64,000 bases of DNA from an uncultured Treponema sp. (lineage in GTDB: Bacteria > Spirochaetota > Spirochaetia > Treponematales > Treponemataceae). The stretch is taken from positions 33,599 through 97,598 of the forward strand of contig CAMODX010000001.1 in the NCBI GenBank assembly GCA_946611685.1. Reading direction: 5' to 3'. A program made the translations under genes and the position numbers. Under the pieces are notes generated by a model. It was given only the letters and a program-made list of their open reading frames with translations, did no database searches and had not been told where the DNA came from. Positions 18,742 to 27,930 of the stretch are shown here, in pieces; the first letter of the stretch is position 1; the number at the start of each line of letters is the position of its first letter.

Positions 18742-20886
18742 TTATCCTAAAAAGTATGTTTTCATCACGCCCTTGCCTTTTATTTCCATCTCAACGGGCT
18801 CTGAAGAATCCACACTGTCTTTAATGAGGGACATTGTAGATTCTGAAATATGAATCCTTGAAGTCTGTCCTGAGCTTTCCATACGGCTTGCCACATTTAC
18901 CGTATCACCCCAGATGTCATAAACGAATTTTGTCTTTCCTATGACTCCGGCAATAAGGTCTCCGCTGCTGATTCCTATCCGCATAAAAAGTTTTACACTG
19001 CTCCCTGCATTAAAGTCTTCAATATCGCGAAGCATTCCCCGGGCAAAATTCACGATTGAAAGGGCATTTTTTTCAGCCCCCTCTTTTCCAAAAAGACCTG
19101 AGGCCGCCATATATGAATCCCCGATGGTCTTTATTTTTTCTATACCCTCCCGTTTTGCCCTTTCATCAATACGGGAATAAAGGGAATTCAAGGCCCCTAC
19201 GATAGTAGCTGCATCCAGAGTACCGGTTAATCTGGTAAAATCAACAATATCTGCAAAAAGTACTGAAGCATTTTCGATTTTATCTGCGATTTTTGTATTT
19301 TTATCCATGGAAAGGCGCTGGGCGATTTCTTCCGGAAGAATGTTCAGGAGAAGTTCTTCCGAACGGTTCTTTTCCTCGCGAAGCTCTTTGGTACGCTCCT
19401 TTACAGTGTCCTCAAGTTTTCTGTTTTCTTCTTCAATTCGGATGATTTTTCTTTCCGTTAGGGAAATAGTCAGTGAAACAATAAAAAGAACGGAAAGCAG
19501 ACCCAGGGCAACATCAAAAACAATATATGACAGAGGCTTAAGAATGCTCTCATAGGAAAATATTACTTTTGAATTTTCCGGATTAAAGGAAGAAGGAGAA
19601 TACATTATGCAGCCAAAACCAAGAGTTTTCAGCGGAGTAACCTGATAAAAATCCGTGCCGTGAATATTTTCCTTGTCTTCGTCATGAGGTTTCCGGACAG
19701 TCATTACAAACTGGGGAAGCGGCAGGGTTCCGATCTGGGATATGGAAAAAGTTCCGTTCCATGGGCCCGGGTCAATGGAGCAGTCATTAGAAATGTCTAT
19801 AGTAACATTCCAGTCTGTAATAATCGTCGCCTTCATGTTGTTGTAAATCACACCGTCATACTGGGCTCCGATTCTGGTTAAATCCCCGTCATCATTCCAG
19901 ATTTTTTCAGCGTTTCGCAAAAAAGTAAGGCAGACAGGCCTTGATTTATCGTTTTCAATAAAAGGATTTTCCATTACAAGTTTTTTTTCAGGAATATTGA
20001 TTCCCTTAATGGAAATCATGATAAGGAAAAAGAGCAGACCACCTGAAAGGGCACTGATAACCTGCCACAGGCGGCTTCTGGAAATTCTTCTTTTAATTTC
20101 AGGCATTGTAAGGGACTGCTTATAGTCAGGACTGAGGACAATGTCTTCCCTTTTATCTGAATAAAACTCAAGTTCCATGAGCTTAATTGAAGAATAAAAG
20201 AGATGCAGGGCACCGGCACCATAGCCGATGTTTATCCACGATACCCCGTAATAAAACAGTGCAAGAATCATAGCTGCCAGCATCAAACCGCAGTAAACAA
20301 GAAGGGAAACAAAAACATTGTTCTGCATGTTCTTTTTATGCTGAAGTATCATTACAAAAGTAATGATTCCAGGTGAAAGCCCGAAAACAACGCTGAGAGG
20401 ATATAAGGAATTTCTGTGATAAAAATTACTTTCATCAAAATAGTAATAAAGATCCGTAAACTGGCTTATTATAACCAGCAGTACTCCGGCAAGACATAAA
20501 TAAAAAACAACAAAAAGATGAGGGGGAACTCCATTCCTGATGGAAGAACGGGGGGAAATTAAAATTTTAAATTTAAGAAACTCAGACTTGATGAATTCAG
20601 AACAGTAAAAACAGATTAAAAAAGGCAGGGCGCAGTTAATGAAAAAGACAATAAAATTGCTCAGACGGACCATATACCAGCCGGTCTGGCCGGAATTACC
20701 GCGAAAAATGTAAGCAAGGGCATCAAAAGCAAGGAGAATTCCGGTAACGAAGAGTATTAAAAACAAAGTCCTCCGGCTGTTCTTTCTAAAATTATGGCCT
20801 GATAACAAAAAGACCCCGGACTGAAAACAGAAAAATGAAAGTGCCAGAAGAATTACAGTGCTTATTGTTTTTATTGTTCCGTTCAT
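18742..20886 (-). CDS. class III adenylate/guanylate cyclase with an N-terminal multi-TM (7TM-receptor-like) module, an extracytoplasmic domain and a coiled coil
   Basis: 714 aa. About 7 hydrophobic helices lie in the first 230 aa. A soluble segment of ~165 aa and one more TM follow. Cyclase motifs are ASVLFADIVDFTRLTG, KTIGDSYMAASG and YDIWGDTVNVASRMES. Confidence 0.85.
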   Translation of the reverse strand: MNGTIKTISTVILLALSFFCFQSGVFLLSGHNFRKNSRRTLFLILFVTGILLAFDALAYIFRGNSGQTGWYMVRLSNFIVFFINCALPFLICFYCSEFIKSEFLKFKILISPRSSIRNGVPPHLFVVFYLCLAGVLLVIISQFTDLYYYFDESNFYHRNSLYPLSVVFGLSPGIITFVMILQHKKNMQNNVFVSLLVYCGLMLAAMILALFYYGVSWINIGYGAGALHLFYSSIKLMELEFYSDKREDIVLSPDYKQSLTMPEIKRRISRSRLWQVISALSGGLLFFLIMISIKGINIPEKKLVMENPFIENDKSRPVCLTFLRNAEKIWNDDGDLTRIGAQYDGVIYNNMKATIITDWNVTIDISNDCSIDPGPWNGTFSISQIGTLPLPQFVMTVRKPHDEDKENIHGTDFYQVTPLKTLGFGCIMYSPSSFNPENSKVIFSYESILKPLSYIVFDVALGLLSVLFIVSLTISLTERKIIRIEEENRKLEDTVKERTKELREEKNRSEELLLNILPEEIAQRLSMDKNTKIADKIENASVLFADIVDFTRLTGTLDAATIVGALNSLYSRIDERAKREGIEKIKTIGDSYMAASGLFGKEGAEKNALSIVNFARGMLRDIEDFNAGSSVKLFMRIGISSGDLIAGVIGKTKFVYDIWGDTVNVASRMESSGQTSRIHISESTMSLIKDSVDSSEPVEMEIKGKGVMKTYFLG

Positions 20887-21004
20887 TCCTTTAATATATT
20901 TTATAAAAAGCGGTTTGTCAAAAACGCTTTTTTTCAGGACCGCTGTCGCGGAGCAGGCTTGAAAAGACTGCGACCATCAAAATAAATCGATAATGAAAAC
21001 TCAT

Positions 21005-21032
21005 AAAAAAAGTCCGCCGGAGCGGACTTTTT
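21005..21032 (-). terminator. rho-independent terminator of gap
   Basis: The minus strand reads GTCCGC-tccg-GCGGAC followed by T7. The plus strand also has T5 after the stem. Confidence 0.75.
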
Positions 21033-21054
21033 AGCACTAAACTATATCAGAAAC

Positions 21055-22125
21055 TTAGCAGTTTTCTGAGAAGTATTTGATTGTTCTTACCATCTGTGAT
21101 GTGTATGAGTTTTCATTATCGTACCATGACACAACCTGAACCTGGTATGTATCATCGTCGATTTTTGAAACCATTGTCTGTGTAGCATCAAAGAGTGAAC
21201 CGAACTTCATTCCGATAACATCAGAAGAAACGATTTCGTCTTCGTTGTAACCGAAGCTTTCTGTAGCAGCAGCCTTCATTGCAGCGTTGATTCCTTCTTT
21301 TGTTACGTCTTTACCCTTTACAACTGCTGTAAGGATTGTTGTAGATCCTGTTGGAACCGGAACACGCTGAGCAGAACCGATGAGTTTGCCGTTGAGTTCT
21401 GGAATTACAAGACCGATAGCCTTTGCAGCACCTGTTGAGTTAGGAACGATGTTCTGAGCACCTGCCCGAGAACGGCGGAGGTCACCCTTGCGCTGTGGAC
21501 CGTCGAGAATCATCTGGTCACCAGTGTAAGCGTGGATTGTAGACATGATACCGCTCTGGATTGGAGCGTAGTCATTGAGGGCTTTAGCCATTGGTGCAAG
21601 ACAGTTTGTTGTACAAGAAGCGGCAGAAATGATGTTGTCGTTCTTTGTAAGTGTCTTGTGGTTTACATTGTAAACGATTGTAGGGAGGTCGTTTCCTGCA
21701 GGAGCTGAAATAACAACTTTGCGTGCACCAGCATCGATGTGAGCCTGTGACTTAGCCTTAGAAACGTAGAAACCTGTACATTCAAGTACAACATCTACTT
21801 TAAGTTCTCCCCATGGAAGTTCAGCAGCATTTGCCTTTGCATAGATTGTAATTTCTTTTCCATCAACTGTGATAGAACCAGGAACTTTTACAGTTTTTCC
21901 GTCTTCTTCAAGAACAGCGTCTTTGTAAGAAACAGTGTGTTTTCCTTCACCGATGCGGCCCATGTATCCGCCCTGTGCTGTATCATACTTTAAAAGGTGA
22001 GCGAGCATTTTTGGACTTGTTAAATCGTTGATAGCAACAACTTCATATCCCTTAGCGTCAAACATCTGACGGAAAGCCAGACGGCCGATACGGCCGAAAC
22101 CATTAATAGCAACTCTTACTGCCAT
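21055..22125 (-). CDS. gap: glyceraldehyde-3-phosphate dehydrogenase
   Basis: 356 aa with [20 protein letters not shown], the active site [10 protein letters not shown], and WYDNE near the C-terminus. Confidence 0.97.
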   Translation of the reverse strand: MAVRVAINGFGRIGRLAFRQMFDAKGYEVVAINDLTSPKMLAHLLKYDTAQGGYMGRIGEGKHTVSYKDAVLEEDGKTVKVPGSITVDGKEITIYAKANAAELPWGELKVDVVLECTGFYVSKAKSQAHIDAGARKVVISAPAGNDLPTIVYNVNHKTLTKNDNIISAASCTTNCLAPMAKALNDYAPIQSGIMSTIHAYTGDQMILDGPQRKGDLRRSRAGAQNIVPNSTGAAKAIGLVIPELNGKLIGSAQRVPVPTGSTTILTAVVKGKDVTKEGINAAMKAAATESFGYNEDEIVSSDVIGMKFGSLFDATQTMVSKIDDDTYQVQVVSWYDNENSYTSQMVRTIKYFSENC

Positions 22126-22258
22126 TTTCTTCTCCTTAAATCACCGCACGAGCGGCGTTATATACTCAAAAATTAGTTTAAGAATAATATAGTATAAAAA
22201 TACTGAATTTATGCAAAATAGTCTATAAAAATCGCTATATGCATTTATTCAAAATCCC

Positions 22259-24220
22259 CTACTCAAACAGAGAATCAATCTGCTCCCTGTAAATTTCTGC
22301 AATCTTGTGGCGCATCATTTCCTGTTTTGCGGAAAGTTCTTTTCCTACCTGGAAGCTTTCAGGTAAGAGTGCAATCTTAAAGATTTTTTCGCAGGTCCTG
22401 AATCCTTTTGCAGGGCTGATTGAATTCTTAACGATTTCTTCAAAAAGATTGATTATCTTTTCATTTTCAAGAATTGCCTTGTATGAAGAGCCCGGAACAC
22501 CGTTCTCTGCTGCAAAATCTTCTACTGCATCTTTTGAAGGAACAATAAGGGCCCCAAGATATTTTTTGTCCTGCCCTACTACCATTACTGATTCAATCAG
22601 GTCACTTGTCAGGAGTTCTGCCTCTATTACTGCAGGTTCAATATTTTCTCCGCCTAAAAGAACGATTGTATCCTTTGCGCGGCCTGTAATCTTAAGTTCA
22701 TGATCCCATGTCATAATTCCAAGGTCACCTGTATTGAACCAGCCGTCCTTATCAATTACTTTTTCTGTAAGATCGGGACGCTTGTAATAGCCTTTCATTA
22801 CCTGTTTTGAACGGACAAAAATACAGCCTTTCTGTCCAGGAGGAAGCGGCTGTGTACCTGTTACGATTCCGTGATCTTCCTTAAGGATTTTAATTTCCAT
22901 TGTAGGGAAGATTGCGCCTACGCAGCCTGGGCGAGGTTCTGCAGGCTGTCTGAATGAAATAACAGGGGCTGTTTCTGTAAGACCGTAACCTTCAAGAAGA
23001 TTAAGGCCGACTGCACGGTAAAAGTCATCAATATCTTTCTGGAGGGCACCGCCGCCCGAAATTGCAATATGAAGTTTACCGCCGAACTTTGCACGGAGTT
23101 TTCTGAAAATTATTACATCACCAAGCTGTTTTACAGGCCATAACAGAATAAAAGGAATAATACCTGTAATGAAATCAAGAATCTTGCTGCGTTTTCTGAT
23201 TCTGCAGACAAGTCCCTTTACTTTATCCCTCTGACCTGCATAAAGTCCGCCTGCTTTTACAAAGAAATTAAAGAGGACAAGGGCTATTCCGCCTTTTTTC
23301 TGCATTGCCTTTTTAACGCCTTTTGCAAGGGCTTCCCACAGACGCGGTACACCGCACATCCAGGCCGGCTTAATTACAGCCATATCTGCAAGAAGAATCT
23401 GTCCGACAGGCTTTGAATAAGCAAGTCCGTTATGTAAAAGTGGAGCAACATACTGAATGAGACGCTCAAAACTGTGCCATACAGGAAGAACAGAAAGCCA
23501 CATATCGCCTTCATTTGCAGGGAGGAAGTTATGAATTACAGACATCTGAGCCATGTAGTTTCCGTGAGTAAGCATTACCCCCTTTGGAGTTCCTGTTGTA
23601 CCTGAAGTAAAGATTATTGTTGCAGTATCCTCACTTTCAATATTTTCAAGACCTGCTTCAATTTCTTTTTTGATGTTTTCTTTATCAGCTTCGTAATCAG
23701 CGCGTGCTTTTGTTAAAAAATCATCAAAATAGTAGTAGCGTAAGCCTGCCTTTTCAACCTTCTGCTCAGTTTCTTCACTCATCTTATTGAAAATGATGAT
23801 TGTTTTTAAAAGAGGAACTTCTTCAACTTTATCAAGAACTTTTGAAACCTGAGATTCATTTTCAAAAACACCGAATTTACAGTCTGCAAAAGAAATGATG
23901 AAACGGATTTCATTTCCCATTGAATCACAGCCGCGGGGAACGTCTGCTGCCCCTAAAAACAAGAGGGCATAATCAGTCAGAAGCCACTGACGACAGTTAT
24001 CTGAAATAAAGGCAACATTACTGCCCTTTTCAATTCCTATTTTTTTGAAAGCAGCAGCAAGGGCAATTACATCATTATAAACGCTTTCGTAATTAAAATA
24101 CTCCCACTGCCCGGCCTTATTCTTTGCAGCCTGAAGGGTAATCTGAGGAACAGCCTCAGCAGAAGCCTTAATCATCAAAGGAAGGTTTTTCGGAACATCT
24201 CTGAATGTATAGTGAAACAT
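22259..24220 (-). CDS. long-chain fatty-acid--CoA ligase (AMP-forming)
   Basis: 653 aa with the AMP-binding motif IIFTSGTTGTPKGVMLTH, plus EGYGLTET and TGDLG motifs. Confidence 0.85.
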   Translation of the reverse strand: MFHYTFRDVPKNLPLMIKASAEAVPQITLQAAKNKAGQWEYFNYESVYNDVIALAAAFKKIGIEKGSNVAFISDNCRQWLLTDYALLFLGAADVPRGCDSMGNEIRFIISFADCKFGVFENESQVSKVLDKVEEVPLLKTIIIFNKMSEETEQKVEKAGLRYYYFDDFLTKARADYEADKENIKKEIEAGLENIESEDTATIIFTSGTTGTPKGVMLTHGNYMAQMSVIHNFLPANEGDMWLSVLPVWHSFERLIQYVAPLLHNGLAYSKPVGQILLADMAVIKPAWMCGVPRLWEALAKGVKKAMQKKGGIALVLFNFFVKAGGLYAGQRDKVKGLVCRIRKRSKILDFITGIIPFILLWPVKQLGDVIIFRKLRAKFGGKLHIAISGGGALQKDIDDFYRAVGLNLLEGYGLTETAPVISFRQPAEPRPGCVGAIFPTMEIKILKEDHGIVTGTQPLPPGQKGCIFVRSKQVMKGYYKRPDLTEKVIDKDGWFNTGDLGIMTWDHELKITGRAKDTIVLLGGENIEPAVIEAELLTSDLIESVMVVGQDKKYLGALIVPSKDAVEDFAAENGVPGSSYKAILENEKIINLFEEIVKNSISPAKGFRTCEKIFKIALLPESFQVGKELSAKQEMMRHKIAEIYREQIDSLFE

Positions 24221-24346
24221 ATATTCTCCGGCAAAACAGGCGGCTTTTTTTACTGCCGCATATTTTAAAAGTTAAGACAGGCAATTTTTATACTGTCTGT
24301 CTTACCATTCTAGCACTGGTTTTAAATAGTAGCAAAAAACAAAGAA

Positions 24347-24985
24347 TTATTTTTTAACTTCATCACTTGAAGACTCTTTGTGCCTGTTATCAAAATAGCC
24401 GCCGTCTTCAAGGTAGCGTCTTCTTGTCATTATGAGGTTTATAAGTTCATGGTACATATTAAAATCAATTTCAAGGGCCATAGGAAGAAGGAAAAATTCT
24501 GTCTCGTCGCAGTAGCGTTCAATAAACTTAGGGTCTGTTACATAGCCCAGTGAAATCATGTTTGAAATGCGGTCTGCACACTTTAAGATTTTTGCTTTCT
24601 GACTTCCTGTATCCAGGATGCGCTGGAGGAATTCTTTTTTTGTTTCTTCTTCCCGTCTGGTAACTTCAAGGACAAGTTTTAATACTTCAGGTCCCTCTTC
24701 TTCTGCGTTTTCAATCAGGCTTTTATCAAAATCAGGAATATCTTCGACTGTGTCATGAACAATACTTGCCTTAAGGAGAACAGAATCGATGTAACCGTAG
24801 TCAATCAGGATTGCAAGAGTGTCCATCTGATGACGGAACATATTGCCGCCTGCGTGACGTGCCTTTCCAATCAGGCCTGTTGCAAGCTGCATGTAGGGAG
24901 CTAAAACCATGTTTTTAAGTTCCTGAGCTTCCTTATTGCCCATTTTTTCAGGCTTTTCGGTTTTCATCTCGTATTTTCCTGACAT
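24347..24985 (-). CDS. HD-domain hydrolase (RelA/SpoT-type (p)ppGpp hydrolase-like)
   Basis: 212 aa. RHQMDTLAILIDYG...LLKASIVHDTVED matches the SpoT hydrolase H...HDxxED pattern. Confidence 0.65.
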   Translation of the reverse strand: MSGKYEMKTEKPEKMGNKEAQELKNMVLAPYMQLATGLIGKARHAGGNMFRHQMDTLAILIDYGYIDSVLLKASIVHDTVEDIPDFDKSLIENAEEEGPEVLKLVLEVTRREEETKKEFLQRILDTGSQKAKILKCADRISNMISLGYVTDPKFIERYCDETEFFLLPMALEIDFNMYHELINLIMTRRRYLEDGGYFDNRHKESSSDEVKK

Positions 24986-25049
24986 CTTTCACCTCGAATA
25001 AAAAAGGATGCAGAAAATCAATTTATTTTATTTCCACATCCCGTTCACT

Positions 25050-27773
25050 TTATTTTAAAGATTCTATGTAGCCTGTGAGTTTTTCAATACGGCGCTTTAT
25101 GTTTGCAAGATTATCTCTTTCTGCCTGAACTACTTCAGCCGGAGCATGTTCTGCAAATTTTCCGTTAAGCTTAAACTCAATTCTCTGTGCATCTTTTGTT
25201 TCTTTTTCAAGATCTTTATTAAAATGCAGGAGAAGCTGTTCCTTGTTGATGTTTTCATCAAGGATGATAAAGGCTTCATAACCGTTGCCTACAGTACCAA
25301 TTGATTTAGAAGGTTTTTCTTCAACAAATTCTACTTTTGAAAGACCGGCTAAAAGCTTTATTTCTTCAACCTTTTCACGGCAGACTTCTGCAGAACTACC
25401 CTTTACAATAAGAACTGCAAGATTAATCTTATCTGCAGGATTTACGCCGCATTCATTACGAAGTCCGCGGACATTACGGATAAGGTCCTGTAAAGAATCA
25501 AAGCGGTCAGAAATTTCTTTATTTTCCCGCGCTGAACTGAATTCAGGATAAGGAGCAGCAACGAGCATTGAATTGTACTGAGAATTTGAAAGAACTTTCT
25601 GTTCACCGGCCTTTTTACGATTTTCGATGATTACATCAAGCGGAAGCTTTGACCAGATTTCTTCTGTAACGAACGGAATAAACGGATGAAGAAGACGGAG
25701 CGACTCTTCCATTACGTTAAGCATTACAGAAACCTGTCTGTCTTTTTCTGAATCACTGCCGTGCCAGAATACGAGTTTTGTTGCTTCTACATACCAGTCA
25801 CAGAAATTGTTCCAGAAATATTCATAAACTGCAGAAGCAGCATCGTTATAGCGGTATGAATCAAGTGCTTCCCGGGCGCTTTTTGCAGCAGAGTTAAGTT
25901 CAGTGTAAATCCAGCGGTCAAGTTCAGTAAGTTCTTCGTCTTTTACAGGCACTAAATTGCGGCCTTCCAGATTACCAAGAACATAACGACTTGCATTCCA
26001 TACTTTGTTACAGAATTTTGAACCGAACTTAAAGGATTCATCATCAATTAAAATATCCTGCCCCTGGGCACACAGATATGTCAGGGTAAATTTAAGGGCA
26101 TCAGCACCGTATTTTTCGATGATTTCAAGAGGGTCAATTCCGTTGCCTAAAGATTTTGACATTTTTCTGCCCTGCTTGTCCCGGACCAGTCCGTGAATGT
26201 AAATGTCATGGAAAGGTGCTTTTCCTGTAAACTCAAGGCCTGCCATAATCATGCGGCTTACCCAGAAGAAGATGATGTCGTAGGCTGTTACAAGTGCTGT
26301 TGTAGGATAATAGTTTTTAAGGTCTTGTGTCTGTGACGGCCAGCCTAAAGTTGAGAACGGCCAGAGCCATGAAGAGAACCAGGTATCAAGAACATCAGGA
26401 TCCTGCTTAAGCTTATCTGCCTTTGCACCGCACTTAGGACAGCATGAAGGGTCTTCACGGCTTACGATAGTTTCACCGCATTCACAGTACCAGGCAGGAA
26501 TTCTATGTCCCCACCAGATCTGGCGGCTTACACACCAGTCACGGATGTTTTCCATCCAGTTTCTGTAAGTATTTTCCCATTTGCGCGGGAAGAATTCAAT
26601 TTCACCGTCGTGCCAGGCTTTAAGGGCTTTTTCTGCAAGCGGCTTCATTTTTACAAACCACTGGTATGAAAGATAAGGCTCAACTACTGTGTGACAACGG
26701 TAACAGTGACCTACAGAGTGAGTCATTTTTTCTTCGCCTTTAAAGTTTCCGGCTTCAGTTAAGTCTTCAATTACAAGTTTTCTTGCCTGTTCAGGTTTTA
26801 AACCGCGGTATTTTTCAGGAACATTTTCATTCATTGTTCCGTTCGGATTTAAAAGGTTGATTACTTCAAGATTGTGTCTTTTTCCTACTTCCCAGTCGTT
26901 AGGGTCATGGGCAGGTGTGATTTTTACCATACCTGTTCCAAATTCCTTGTCTACGTAGGGGTCTGCAATAATAGGAATTTCTTTATTGATAAGAGGAAGA
27001 ACTACTTTTTTTCCGATGAGGTTCTTGTAGCGTTCGTCATCAGGATTTACTGCAACTGCTGTATCACCGAAGAAAGTTTCAGGACGGGTTGTTGCAACTT
27101 CAATTTTTCCTGAGCCGTCTGCATAATTATAGAAGATATGATACATTGCACCTGCTGTATCTTCATGTTCAACTTCATCATCTGCAAGGGCTGTACCACA
27201 GCGCGGACACCAGTTTACAAGATACTGTCCTTTATACATAAGGCCGCGTTCATAAAGAGTAACAAATACATCGCGTACAGCCTTTGAAAGACCTTCGTCG
27301 TAAGTAAAGCGTTCGCGGCTCCAGTCAACTGAATTACCGAGTTTTTTCTGCTGCTTTACGATTATGTCGTGGTGATTATGTGTTACTTCCCAGGTGCGTT
27401 CAATAAAAGCGTCGCGTCCAAGGTCGTTACGGGTTTTACCTTCTTTTTTAAGCTGTTTTTCTACAACGTTCTGAGTTGCAATACCGGCATGGTCAGTTCC
27501 CGGAACCCAGAGAGTGTCATCTCCCCTCATACGGTGATAGCGTACAACTACATCCTGCAGTGTATTGTTAAGTCCGTGTCCCATGTGAAGAACGCCGGTT
27601 ACGTTCGGAGGCGGAATTACAACTGTATATTTGATATTAGACATTTTCTGTGAATGAACAGGAGAATCTGCGTCTCCGGCAGGTTTAAAGTAACCCTTTT
27701 TTGTCCATTCTTCATAAATTCTGTCTTCAAAATCTTTAGGGTTATAAGCTTTATCAAGTTCAATAGCTTTCAT
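25050..27773 (-). CDS. valS: valine--tRNA ligase
   Basis: 907 aa with PPPNVTGVLHMGHGLN (HIGH region), KMSKSLGN (KMSKS) and a C-terminal coiled coil. Confidence 0.97.
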   Translation of the reverse strand: MKAIELDKAYNPKDFEDRIYEEWTKKGYFKPAGDADSPVHSQKMSNIKYTVVIPPPNVTGVLHMGHGLNNTLQDVVVRYHRMRGDDTLWVPGTDHAGIATQNVVEKQLKKEGKTRNDLGRDAFIERTWEVTHNHHDIIVKQQKKLGNSVDWSRERFTYDEGLSKAVRDVFVTLYERGLMYKGQYLVNWCPRCGTALADDEVEHEDTAGAMYHIFYNYADGSGKIEVATTRPETFFGDTAVAVNPDDERYKNLIGKKVVLPLINKEIPIIADPYVDKEFGTGMVKITPAHDPNDWEVGKRHNLEVINLLNPNGTMNENVPEKYRGLKPEQARKLVIEDLTEAGNFKGEEKMTHSVGHCYRCHTVVEPYLSYQWFVKMKPLAEKALKAWHDGEIEFFPRKWENTYRNWMENIRDWCVSRQIWWGHRIPAWYCECGETIVSREDPSCCPKCGAKADKLKQDPDVLDTWFSSWLWPFSTLGWPSQTQDLKNYYPTTALVTAYDIIFFWVSRMIMAGLEFTGKAPFHDIYIHGLVRDKQGRKMSKSLGNGIDPLEIIEKYGADALKFTLTYLCAQGQDILIDDESFKFGSKFCNKVWNASRYVLGNLEGRNLVPVKDEELTELDRWIYTELNSAAKSAREALDSYRYNDAASAVYEYFWNNFCDWYVEATKLVFWHGSDSEKDRQVSVMLNVMEESLRLLHPFIPFVTEEIWSKLPLDVIIENRKKAGEQKVLSNSQYNSMLVAAPYPEFSSARENKEISDRFDSLQDLIRNVRGLRNECGVNPADKINLAVLIVKGSSAEVCREKVEEIKLLAGLSKVEFVEEKPSKSIGTVGNGYEAFIILDENINKEQLLLHFNKDLEKETKDAQRIEFKLNGKFAEHAPAEVVQAERDNLANIKRRIEKLTGYIESLK

Positions 27774-27930
27774 TTTTTAATCCTCAAATACAGTGCAGGG
27801 AAATGTAAAAAAATATATATGAAAAAGATTATACTGAATTGAAAAGTGATATTCAATGAGGACTAAAAATGCATAAAAGCCGCGTCAAAAACCGGCAATC
27901 CCATCAGTCAGGGAGACGCCCCGGAAAATT

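Noticed and set aside
27774-27930. T-box or other leader upstream of valS
   Set aside because: The spacer is only 157 nt and AT-rich. I saw no specifier or antiterminator-like stems and no T-box consensus.
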